Positions 36,745 through 45,617 are shown, numbered from the stretch's first letter. The stretch is 53,442 nt of DNA from an uncultured Desulfotignum sp. (GCA_937951975.1 CALGAJ010000053.1:1-53442), one strand, 5' to 3'. Notes: generated by a model from the letters alone, not told the origin. Program-made: numbers and translations.

Positions 36745-38082
36745 ATGTCAGCGCATCCTGTTGCAGCGAAAATTGTTGATGAGTACCGGGAAACCTATCC
36801 GGCGTCCAGAGAACGGCACCAGCGCCTGGTCAAGTATATTCCGGGGGGGGCCACAAGAAGCTTGAGTTATTTCAAGCCCTGGCCCATCCACATCGACTAC
36901 GGCAAAGGGGCCCATGTCTACACCCATGAAGGCCATGAACTGCTGGATGTCACCAATGCCTACGGGGCTCTGGTGCACGGTCACGGGGATCCGGATGTGG
37001 TGGCCGCGGTGCAGGCGGGCATTGAGAGGGGTTCCCAGTATTCCACCCCCACGGACGGCCAGTACCGTCTGGCCAAACTGCTGTGTGACCGGGTGCCGGG
37101 GTTTGACAAGGTGCGGTTTCTCAACTCCGGTACCGAGGCCACCATGTTCGCCCTGAGAACGGCCCGGGCCATCACCGGAAAAGACAAGATCCTGAAGATG
37201 ACCGGAGGGTTCCACGGCACCCATGACTGTGTGGCTGCGTCCACCAAGAAAAACGTGATTACCGCCGGGATTCCGGCAGGCATGACCGCGGACATGATGG
37301 AAGTACCGTTCAATGACCCGGATGCTGCGGAAAAAGCGGTGAAGGAAAATGCGCCCGACCTGGCCGCGGTGATCATGGAGCCGTTTCTAGGGGCCGGCGG
37401 CGTGGTCCTGCCCAAGGAGGGCGTTCTCAAACGGATCCGAAAAGTCACTCAGGATCATGGGGTCCTGCTGATCTTTGACGAGATCTTTTCTTTCCGGGTG
37501 AATATCGGCGGATGCCAGAACCTGTACGGCGTGACCCCGGATCTCACCACAGTGGGCAAGGTGGTGGGCGGGGGCCTGCCCATCGGTGTTTTAGGGGGCA
37601 GGGCCGAGTTTATGAACATCTATTGCCATGAAAACACGGAAAAGCCCCTGTACCATTCCGGGACCTTCAATGGGTATGAAACCGTAATGCAGGCCGGGTT
37701 TGCCGCCATGTCCAAATATGACGAAAAATCCATCACCGCCATCAATGCCATGGGAGACCGGTTCCAGAAAGGTCTTCTGGCAAGCATCAAGGACAACGGG
37801 CTGAATATTCAGTCCAATCAGATCGGATCCCTGCTCAATCTGCATTTCGTGAACCGGCCCACGGTTCAGGCCTCTGATGTCCTGGCATCTGAAGAGGAAC
37901 TGCATACCCTGATGCATCTGTCTTTGCTTAACAAACGAATTTTCAATATCCCCAGGGGGTTGTTTATTTTGTCCACGAAAATTACCGATCATGAGATGGA
38001 TATGCTTGTGGATAAAATGGATGCGACCTTGAAAGAACTGTTGCCTTTGATCAAAGAAAAATATACCCATTTGCTTTTATAA
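36745..38082 (+). CDS. class-III PLP aminotransferase, beta-phenylalanine transaminase-like
   Basis: PGGATRS, RFLNSGTEA, GGFHG, EPFLGAGG, LIFDEI, PDLTTVGK, HSGTFNG, IPRGLFILS. Confidence 0.82.
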   Translation: MSAHPVAAKIVDEYRETYPASRERHQRLVKYIPGGATRSLSYFKPWPIHIDYGKGAHVYTHEGHELLDVTNAYGALVHGHGDPDVVAAVQAGIERGSQYSTPTDGQYRLAKLLCDRVPGFDKVRFLNSGTEATMFALRTARAITGKDKILKMTGGFHGTHDCVAASTKKNVITAGIPAGMTADMMEVPFNDPDAAEKAVKENAPDLAAVIMEPFLGAGGVVLPKEGVLKRIRKVTQDHGVLLIFDEIFSFRVNIGGCQNLYGVTPDLTTVGKVVGGGLPIGVLGGRAEFMNIYCHENTEKPLYHSGTFNGYETVMQAGFAAMSKYDEKSITAINAMGDRFQKGLLASIKDNGLNIQSNQIGSLLNLHFVNRPTVQASDVLASEEELHTLMHLSLLNKRIFNIPRGLFILSTKITDHEMDMLVDKMDATLKELLPLIKEKYTHLLL

Positions 38083-38100
38083 CTTTTTTTGGAGATGCGA

Positions 38101-38583
38101 ATGGTATTGGACAGAATTGATAAAAAAATCTTGAACACGCTTCAGGAAAATGGGAAGATAACCAATTCAAAATTGTCAAAAATTGTGGGAATATCCGCCC
38201 CTGCCACGCTTGAACGGGTCAAGCGCCTGGAGCTGGCAGGGGTGATCACCCATTTTACCGCAGTGGTGAATCCCGAAAAAATCGGGCTTTCCATCATTGC
38301 CATGGTGAACATCAGTCTGAATTTAAGCAATTTGTCATCCGTGGCTGTGATCAAGGAGAAATTCATGGCTTTGGACGAAGTGATTGAATGTTATCAGATT
38401 GCCGGCGCAGATGATTTCATTCTCAAAGTGGCGGCCCGGGATATCAAAACCTATGGGAAGTTCATGAACAAAAAATTGACACAGATAGAAGGCATCCAGA
38501 TCATTAAATCGTCTTTTATCATTGATAACATTAAAGTGAAAAAGATGTTTCTGCTGGATATGGAGGAAGAATACAAAGTGTAA
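38101..38583 (+). CDS. Lrp/AsnC family transcriptional regulator
   Basis: LDRIDKKILNTLQENGKITN..VGISAPATLERVKRLE..GVI, ECYQIAGADDFILKV. Confidence 0.93.
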   Translation: MVLDRIDKKILNTLQENGKITNSKLSKIVGISAPATLERVKRLELAGVITHFTAVVNPEKIGLSIIAMVNISLNLSNLSSVAVIKEKFMALDEVIECYQIAGADDFILKVAARDIKTYGKFMNKKLTQIEGIQIIKSSFIIDNIKVKKMFLLDMEEEYKV

Positions 38584-38623
38584 AAATCAATACCAACCAT
38601 TTTAAACAGAGAGGTGCCAGTGT

Positions 38624-39556
38624 ATGGATAAGCTTATCATTACCGCAGCGATTACCGGTTCGGTTCACATTCCCACCATGAGTGATTATCTGCCCATCAC
38701 GCCGGATGAGATCGTGGCGGATGCGGTCAAGGCATGGGAGGCCGGAGCCGCCATTGCCCATATTCATGTGCGGAATCCTGAAAACGGCCTGCCGGTGTCC
38801 GATCCGGACCTGTTTCTAGAAGTACATTCCAAAATCAAATCCCGGTGTAACATGATTCTTTTGCCCACCACCGGAGGCGGGATGAACCAGACCACGGAAG
38901 AAAAACTGATCCCCATCAAGAAACTCAAACCGGAAATGTGTTCTTTTGATCCGGCGCCTTTCAACTTCGGTATTTTCCAGATTGCCAGCCGGTTCAAGGA
39001 ATTCAAGCATGACTGGGAAAAAGACTATCTGGAGCTGTGCAAGAACGTGACGTTCCGGCCTACCTTCAACGACGACCTGATTTATGCCAAAACCTTTCTG
39101 GAGATTGACACCAAACCGGAATTCGAGATCTATGAACTGGGCCATGTGTCCTATGTGAAATGGCTTATGGAGGAAAATCTGGTGAAACTGCCGGTGCACC
39201 TGCAGTTTGTGTTCGGTCCCATGGTGGGGTGGATGACCCCGTCCGTCAAGCACCTGGTCCTGATTCATGATGAAGCCAAAGAAGTGCTGGGTGAAAAGAA
39301 TTTCACCTGGTCCGTGGCAGCCGGCGGCCGGTATCAGATTCCCATCACGTCCACGGCCATGGCCATGGGGGCCCAGAACGTGCGGGTGGGGCTGGAAGAT
39401 TCCGTTTATGCCGGCAAGGGCGTTATGGCCAAGGCATCCGCCGACCAGGTCAAGATGGTCAAAAACGTGGCAAAAGAGATGAGCCTGGTGCCGGCCACCT
39501 CGGATGAAGCCCGTGAAATTTTAGGGCTCAAGGGGCTGGACAAGGTCAATTTCTGA
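38624..39556 (+). CDS. beta-keto acid cleavage enzyme (BKACE / 3-keto-5-aminohexanoate cleavage family, DUF849)
   Basis: KLIITAAITG, LPITPDEIVADA..AGAAIAHIHVR, TTGGG, KPEMCS, KPEFEIYELGH, NVRVGLEDS, ATSDEAREILGL. Confidence 0.93.
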   Translation: MDKLIITAAITGSVHIPTMSDYLPITPDEIVADAVKAWEAGAAIAHIHVRNPENGLPVSDPDLFLEVHSKIKSRCNMILLPTTGGGMNQTTEEKLIPIKKLKPEMCSFDPAPFNFGIFQIASRFKEFKHDWEKDYLELCKNVTFRPTFNDDLIYAKTFLEIDTKPEFEIYELGHVSYVKWLMEENLVKLPVHLQFVFGPMVGWMTPSVKHLVLIHDEAKEVLGEKNFTWSVAAGGRYQIPITSTAMAMGAQNVRVGLEDSVYAGKGVMAKASADQVKMVKNVAKEMSLVPATSDEAREILGLKGLDKVNF

Positions 39557-39591
39557 GGAGGACATCAACCGTAAAAGATAAGGAGGGATCA

Positions 39592-41172
39592 TTGAACTAC
39601 TCAGGTTATGCTTCAATCCATGCAAGACACATTCCTGACAAGGTTTGCCTGATCGAAAGAACACCCGGGGAAGGGACAAGGCGCACCTTTACCTGGCAGG
39701 AATTCAATGACGAGATCAACCGCACCGCCAATTATCTGGCAAAGGAACTGGGGGTGAAAAAAGGGGATTTTGTCATGCATCTCCAGAACAATTCTCTGGA
39801 GTGGCTGGTCACCTACTACGCCATCATCCGCCTGGGTGCGGTTGTGGTGCCGCTGAATTTCCGTTTCGAAAGCCCGGATATCCAGTACGCGGCAAAGGTG
39901 TGCAACCCGGATGTGTTCATCCTGGGATCGGAATTTCTGGGGGTGGTGCAGCCGATTCAGGACACGCTGACCACCATCAAACATTTTATCTGTGTGGGCA
40001 AAGAGGTGCCGTCGGACATGACCGATTATGCCGATATCCAGAAATATGAAAATACACAGGATGCTTTGGTACAGGTGGAACGGGACCACGGCCTGGCCAT
40101 GATGTTCACCTCGGGCACCACGGGCAAGCCCAAACCGGTGCTCCACACGCACTATTCTTTGAACAGCACGGCTGTCGGCAACGGCATGACCTATTTTGTA
40201 CAGAAAGATGACAATTACCTGATTTTTCTGCCCCTGTATCATTCCGGGACTCTGTTTTTGTGGGCGCCGTTTTATGCCACGGGTGCCGCCGGCACCATTA
40301 TCAGGGATTTCAAGGATCCCAAATGGATCATCGAGGCCATCGCCGCGGAAGGCTGCACCGATACCCTGTTTGTCGTGCCTATTGCCATCGCCATACTCAA
40401 TGCCATGAACAAGGGATCGATCCGGCTGTCTGACTATGATCTCTCCTCCTGGAAATATATGGAAGTGGGGGCCCAGCCCGTGCCGTTTGACATCATGAAA
40501 GAGCTGGTGGAAAAGCTGCCCTGTAAGGTCTCCAATATTTATGGGATTACCGAAGGCGGGGGAGGGGGAACCTTTAACCTGTACCCCGAGGATGTCCTGA
40601 CCAAGCCCGGGTCCATCGGCAAGCCCACGTTCAGTGTGGAAGCCAAAATTGTGGATCCTTTAGGCGAAGAGCTGCCGGCGGGCGAGGTGGGGGAACTGGT
40701 GTTCAGGACCCCGCGCATGATGTATGAATATTATTCCAATCCTGAAAAAACCGCAGAGACCATAAAAAATGGTTGGCTTTACACCGGAGATCTATTAAAA
40801 AGAGACAAAGACGGGTATTTTTATATTGTGGACCGCATGAAAGACATGATCACCAGCGGCGGGGAAAACATCTACCCCGTGGAAATCGAGGATGCGCTCA
40901 TGGATCACCCGGATATCGATGATGTGGCCTGTATCGGGTATCCGGATGACCGGCTGGTGGAAATCGTGATGGCTGTGGTCCAGCTCAAGGAGGGGCGGCA
41001 GATGACCGAGGAGGATGTGATCGAGTTTGCCAAAACCAAGCTGTCCCTGTACAAAGTGCCCCGGAAAGTGACGTTTGATGAAGTTCCCAGAAATCCCACG
41101 GGAAAATTGATGAAACCCCAGCTCAGACAAAAATATACCGGCCGTAAAGAGGCGTTTAAACAACTGGCGTAA
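39592..41172 (+). CDS. AMP-forming acyl-CoA ligase
   Basis: FTSGTTGKPK, PLYH, YGITE, GWLYTGDL, DRMKDMITSGGENIYP, PRNPTGKLMK; TTG start after AGGAGG. Confidence 0.92.
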   Translation: MNYSGYASIHARHIPDKVCLIERTPGEGTRRTFTWQEFNDEINRTANYLAKELGVKKGDFVMHLQNNSLEWLVTYYAIIRLGAVVVPLNFRFESPDIQYAAKVCNPDVFILGSEFLGVVQPIQDTLTTIKHFICVGKEVPSDMTDYADIQKYENTQDALVQVERDHGLAMMFTSGTTGKPKPVLHTHYSLNSTAVGNGMTYFVQKDDNYLIFLPLYHSGTLFLWAPFYATGAAGTIIRDFKDPKWIIEAIAAEGCTDTLFVVPIAIAILNAMNKGSIRLSDYDLSSWKYMEVGAQPVPFDIMKELVEKLPCKVSNIYGITEGGGGGTFNLYPEDVLTKPGSIGKPTFSVEAKIVDPLGEELPAGEVGELVFRTPRMMYEYYSNPEKTAETIKNGWLYTGDLLKRDKDGYFYIVDRMKDMITSGGENIYPVEIEDALMDHPDIDDVACIGYPDDRLVEIVMAVVQLKEGRQMTEEDVIEFAKTKLSLYKVPRKVTFDEVPRNPTGKLMKPQLRQKYTGRKEAFKQLA

Positions 41173-41267
41173 GTTCCGTCCGATTCAAGTTACCACCAGT
41201 GTGGAGGTAAAGATCCCGCTGTTCTGATAACATTAAAATTTTAAACTTATTTAGGAAAGGAACAGAC

Positions 41268-42347
41268 ATGATGAAATCCCGCACATCTTCAAGTTTACTG
41301 CTGGTTTTAACCGCAGCTGTCTTTATGGTTATCGGCTCCGGACTGGCCATGGCGTCATCCCTGGACAAATGGAAACCGAATTTCGATCCCGGCGGAGCCA
41401 AGTACAAATGCATTGTTTCCAATGTGTCCACACCCGCCCTGGTGGGCACCCATGCCGGATTTGAGATGCGTGATGAGCTGTGGAAACGGACCAATGGCCA
41501 GATCTACATCGATTTCAAGCCGCTGTCCATTTTGGGCGGCGAAGTGGAGGTGCTCAACATGCTCCAGATGGGAGCGATCCAGGGCATGGGGGTGTCTTCG
41601 GTGGCATCCACCAACTTAGGCCCCCGGTTCGGCATCGTGAATCTGCCGTTTCTGGTGGATTCTTTCGAAAAACTGGACAAGTTCATTGCCAATGAAAAAC
41701 TGTTCAGTCATTTTCTGAATGCCATGGATCATCAGGGCATCACCGGTCTGGATATCACCGGATACGGCCATTACGGCTGGGCCACCACCGAGCCGGTGAG
41801 AACCATTGCCGATGCCAAGAAAATCAAGTTCAGAACCGCCGAGGCCGCCGTGAATCAGCTGACCTACCGGAACTGGGGATTCAACCCGGTTGCCATGCCC
41901 TGGCCGGATGTGCCGGTGGCATTGAAACAGGGCGTCATCACCGGTCTGGACCACACCCTGGCCGTGTGCTACCTGACCAAAAAATTTGAAGTGGCCAAAT
42001 ATTTTACCGAGATCAACTATGCCCAGGGGCTGTTTATCTGGATTTTCAACAAAGCATGGCTGGCCAGCCTGCCCGATGATCTGCGGCAGACCTTTATTGA
42101 GACGGTACACGATGTGGCGGCTGAGAACCGGAAAAAAACGGCTGTCTGGGAAGCAGAGAACAAAGTGGCGGCCCAGGGGGAAGGCGTTGAGTTCATCCAG
42201 TTGCCGGATGCGGAAATAGACATTCTCAAAGAACAGAGCAAGCCCACCTATGAAAAATATGCCGAAGAAATCAACAGACTGTACCCCGGGGATACATACA
42301 GACCGGATAATTTCCTGAAAGAAGTGCAGGATTTTTTAAGCGAATAA
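41268..42347 (+). CDS. TRAP transporter solute-binding protein (DctP family)
   Basis: signal peptide, RTNGQI, LGGEVEVLNMLQMG, NLPFL, KFRT, PVAMPWPDVPVALKQGVI. Confidence 0.9.
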   Translation: MMKSRTSSSLLLVLTAAVFMVIGSGLAMASSLDKWKPNFDPGGAKYKCIVSNVSTPALVGTHAGFEMRDELWKRTNGQIYIDFKPLSILGGEVEVLNMLQMGAIQGMGVSSVASTNLGPRFGIVNLPFLVDSFEKLDKFIANEKLFSHFLNAMDHQGITGLDITGYGHYGWATTEPVRTIADAKKIKFRTAEAAVNQLTYRNWGFNPVAMPWPDVPVALKQGVITGLDHTLAVCYLTKKFEVAKYFTEINYAQGLFIWIFNKAWLASLPDDLRQTFIETVHDVAAENRKKTAVWEAENKVAAQGEGVEFIQLPDAEIDILKEQSKPTYEKYAEEINRLYPGDTYRPDNFLKEVQDFLSE

Positions 42348-42363
42348 TACCAGAATATTGGAC

Positions 42364-42402
42364 GGGGCGGGCCTGTTTATTTTGAGCAGGCCTGACTCTT
42401 TT
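42364..42402 (+). terminator. intercistronic stem-loop after dctP
   Basis: GGGCCTGTTTA-ttt-TGAGCAGGCCT stem followed by TTTT. Confidence 0.5.
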
Positions 42403-42432
42403 ATCAATCATTGAATCCGGAGTTGGTTATAT

Positions 42433-42915
42433 ATGCTTGGGAAAATGCTGAAGAAACTGGATACAGCTGCCAGTCATTTTGAAGAATGGACCCTTTTCAT
42501 TATTGTGATCACCGCGCTGATCGCGTTGTTTTTCAATGTGGTGCTGCGGTATGGATTTAATTATACCCTTGCCTGGAGTGAAGAACTGGTCCGGATTGTG
42601 ATTATATACTCCACGTTCATAGGCGCCAGCGTGGCGGTGAAGCAGCGGGCCATGATCCGGATTGACGCCGTGGTTCAGATTTTTCCCAAACTCAAGAAAG
42701 GCCTGACCTTTTACACCAATATCCTGATGCTGGTGTTTGCCGGGATGATGATTTATTATGGCTATAAAATGACCCATCTCCAGCTTTTGACCCACCAGAA
42801 AACCATCATCATGCAGATTCCCCTGGTCGTTGTATACGCCGTCATGCCGGTGACAGGCCTGATGGTGTTTCTCAGGACGGTTCAGGTGATGGTTCAGGAT
42901 TTTACATCAAAATAA
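42433..42915 (+). CDS. TRAP small permease (DctQ)
   Basis: four TM segments, NVVLRY, WSEELVR, FIGAS, IRID. Confidence 0.92.
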   Translation: MLGKMLKKLDTAASHFEEWTLFIIVITALIALFFNVVLRYGFNYTLAWSEELVRIVIIYSTFIGASVAVKQRAMIRIDAVVQIFPKLKKGLTFYTNILMLVFAGMMIYYGYKMTHLQLLTHQKTIIMQIPLVVVYAVMPVTGLMVFLRTVQVMVQDFTSK

Positions 42916-42930
42916 AAAGGGCCTTTTTTC

Positions 42931-44223
42931 ATGCAGACTAGTGATCTGATTATTCTGTGTATTCTGTTGGGGTGCATGTTCACCTATGTGCCTGTATTTC
43001 TGTGTCTGTTTTTCACCGCGGCTATCGGGTTGTTTTTTTTTCTGGACATGCCCCTGGGGCTGTTGATCCAGACCTTATTCCGGAGTCTGGATAATTTTTC
43101 TCTGGTGGTGGTGCTGTTTTTTATCCTTTGCGGCAATATCATGAGCAAGGGAAAAACCGTGGAAAAACTGATCAATCTTGCCAATGCCCTGGTGAGCTGG
43201 CTGCCGGGGGGGTTAGGCATGGCAGGGGTCATCGGGTGCGGACTGTTCGGGGCCATCTCCGGCTCCACCGTGGCCACGGTGGTGGCCCTGGGCGGATTCA
43301 TGATTCCGGCGTTGATGAGAAACGGGTATGATGAAAAATATACCCTGGGGCTCATGACCACCTCCCCGAACCTGGGCGTGATCATTCCCCCCAGCATCAG
43401 CATGATATTTTATTCCATGATCAGTAATGTGTCGCTGGAAGGGTTGTTCATCACCGGGTTCATCCCCGGGCTGCTGATTATTTTCTGCGTTTGCATCTAC
43501 AGCTGGCTCAAATACCGGAACCGGACCGATATCAAACGGCTGCCCGCCCCTAAACTGGGGGATCTGCTGGCGATTTTCAAGGAAGGGTTCTGGGCGCTGA
43601 TGCTCATTGTCATCATCTTCGGCGGGATATTCTCCGGGATGTTCACCGCCAATGAGGCCGCGGTGGTGGCCTCGGTATATGCGCTTTTTGTGGAATATTT
43701 TATCTACCGGTCCATGAGTTTCAACGATATCAAGGACGTGACCGTCAGTTCTGCGGTCACATCGGCCACCCTGCTGCTTATCGTGGCATCGGCCACCTGT
43801 TTCGGCCGGTATCTGACCTTTGAAAACATTCCCAACCGGGTAGCCGAAGTGGTGGTTTCCACCATCCAGTCGCCGATCATGTTTTTGCTGGCCATGAACA
43901 TCCTGCTGCTGATCATCGGCATGTTCATGGACATCATCTCCGCCACCCTGATCCTGGGACCGGTGTTTCTGCCGCTTCTAGGGCCGTTCGGTGTGGATCC
44001 CATGCATTTCGGGCTGATCATGACCGTGAACCTGGCCATTGGATACTGTACCCCGCCCATGGGCGTGAGTCTGTTTATCACCGGCTCTCTGGCCAAGAGG
44101 GATATCATCTATGTGTCCCGGGCCATCTGGCCGTTTTTGATCATCCAGATCAGTGTCCTGTTCTTTTTGACCTATTTTCCCCAGGTCGTGCTGTTTCTGC
44201 CCCGGATGTTCGGATATAACTAG
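42931..44223 (+). CDS. TRAP large permease (DctM)
   Basis: GGLGMA, FGAISGSTVAT, IIPPSI, FTANEAA, DPMHFG, TPPMG. Confidence 0.94.
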   Translation: MQTSDLIILCILLGCMFTYVPVFLCLFFTAAIGLFFFLDMPLGLLIQTLFRSLDNFSLVVVLFFILCGNIMSKGKTVEKLINLANALVSWLPGGLGMAGVIGCGLFGAISGSTVATVVALGGFMIPALMRNGYDEKYTLGLMTTSPNLGVIIPPSISMIFYSMISNVSLEGLFITGFIPGLLIIFCVCIYSWLKYRNRTDIKRLPAPKLGDLLAIFKEGFWALMLIVIIFGGIFSGMFTANEAAVVASVYALFVEYFIYRSMSFNDIKDVTVSSAVTSATLLLIVASATCFGRYLTFENIPNRVAEVVVSTIQSPIMFLLAMNILLLIIGMFMDIISATLILGPVFLPLLGPFGVDPMHFGLIMTVNLAIGYCTPPMGVSLFITGSLAKRDIIYVSRAIWPFLIIQISVLFFLTYFPQVVLFLPRMFGYN

Positions 44224-44243
44224 CCGATAAAACGCTTCATTGC

Positions 44244-44274
44244 CGCGTCCGCCGCAACCCTGCCGGCGGGCGCG
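44244..44274. terminator. GC-rich hairpin between convergent dctM and response regulator genes
   Basis: CGCGTCCGCCG-N9-CGGCGGGCGCG. Confidence 0.5.
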
Positions 44275-44826
44275 CTATATGCCTTTGCTCATGATGTCGG
44301 GATTGTGGCGCAGCCGCTCCTGGATCCCTCTGGATACGGTCCAGTGCCGTTCAAAATCATCCCAGAAATCCCGGTTTTCATCCTTCCAGTTGTCACCGAA
44401 ACGCAGATCAAAGTGATCTCCGAGTTTATCGAAAAGCAGCTTCCAGGTAGGCTTTCCCTGTTTCTGTGCATCCATGAATTCTTCTATCAACGTGTCCAGA
44501 TCACTTAAATGTTCTTTGGACAGATAGGAAATGGCCCCTTTTTTGATGGACTCGATCAATGCCTGGGGATTCATGGCATTGGCGGTGAGCATGATGGCCG
44601 GTATATCCCGCTGGACGCATTCTTCCAGAAGTTTGATCCCATTGACCCCCATAATGTCCAGAATCGCCAGATCATACCGGGTGGTGTAAATTTTTTCCGA
44701 TGCGGTTTCATAATCAGCTGCAGAATCCACGATGGCTGTATCCAGAATCTCTTGAATGGTCTCAAGGATATCCTTTTCATCATCTACTGCCAGAATGTGC
44801 TTGCCTTTTAAAAAAGATTTGGCCAT
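44275..44826 (-). CDS. response regulator receiver protein with short C-terminal extension
   Basis: ILAVDDEKDI, YDLAILDIMGVNG, AIMLTA, GAISYLSK; RBS spacing favours ATG 44826 (alternative 44832). Confidence 0.88.
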   Translation of the reverse strand: MAKSFLKGKHILAVDDEKDILETIQEILDTAIVDSAADYETASEKIYTTRYDLAILDIMGVNGIKLLEECVQRDIPAIMLTANAMNPQALIESIKKGAISYLSKEHLSDLDTLIEEFMDAQKQGKPTWKLLFDKLGDHFDLRFGDNWKDENRDFWDDFERHWTVSRGIQERLRHNPDIMSKGI

Positions 44827-45116
44827 GAGCATTTCTCCCTATAGACTTTATATAAAAAGGTTTTAACCAACATTTTATTTTAAATATTTTGTCAAAAACC
44901 AATATTGCTTGAATAAGATTAATTTATTATGAATCATTTCTTAATTTTTATTAATTACCCAAAATTGCCGGGAAAGTCAATAAAGAACATGAGATTCAAT
45001 GATTGGAAGGAAGATGAAAATCCGGTTGCAGATTTTGTTTGTTATGGATATGGTAAGCATGAAATATCAAGAACGCAACACGGATGAATCAACTGTCCAC
45101 AGGGCGGGAAGGGGTC

Positions 45117-45617
45117 ATGACACCATTTGCTAAAAAGATTGTCGATTTTTCGGATATCGCTGTAATCACTGAAGATCTCCGTACAAAGGGAAAAACCATT
45201 GTCTTTACCAATGGATGCTTTGATCTTCTCCATCTCGGACATGTCACATATCTGTCAGCCGCGGCTGAACTGGGGGATGTCCTGGTTATAGGGCTTAATT
45301 CAGATATGTCTGTAAAAACCATCAAAGGGGAAAAGCGTCCTGTCATCACCCAGGATCAGCGGGCCAGTGTGGTTGCGGCCCTTCAAATGGTGGATTATGT
45401 GGTGCTCTTTGATGCACCCGATCCCCTGACCCTGATTGAAGCGGTTTGTCCGGATGTTCTGGTGAAAGGGGCGGACTGGACAGAAGATGCGATTGTGGGT
45501 GCGGATGTTGTCAAGGCCAAAAGAGGGCGGGTGGCACGGATCGACCTGGCGCCGGGTATTTCCACCACAGCCATAATCCAGCGCATCTGCGCATTGTACT
45601 GCAAGGAAACACCGTGA
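45117..45617 (+). CDS. rfaE2: D-glycero-beta-D-manno-heptose 1-phosphate adenylyltransferase (stand-alone HldE domain II)
   Basis: VFTNGCFDLLHLGH, GLNSD.SV..IKG..RP, VDYVVLF, PDVLVKGADW, GISTTAII. Confidence 0.92.
   Translation: MTPFAKKIVDFSDIAVITEDLRTKGKTIVFTNGCFDLLHLGHVTYLSAAAELGDVLVIGLNSDMSVKTIKGEKRPVITQDQRASVVAALQMVDYVVLFDAPDPLTLIEAVCPDVLVKGADWTEDAIVGADVVKAKRGRVARIDLAPGISTTAIIQRICALYCKETP

Noticed and set aside
36745-38082. Annotation as hemL
   Set aside because: Lacks the HemL PGGVNSPVR and GNMG signatures; no tetrapyrrole genes in context
35099-44223. Secondary-metabolite (andrimid/enterocin-like) biosynthetic cluster
   Set aside because: No NRPS/PKS, carrier protein or exporter; an importer, Lrp and a cleavage enzyme point to catabolism
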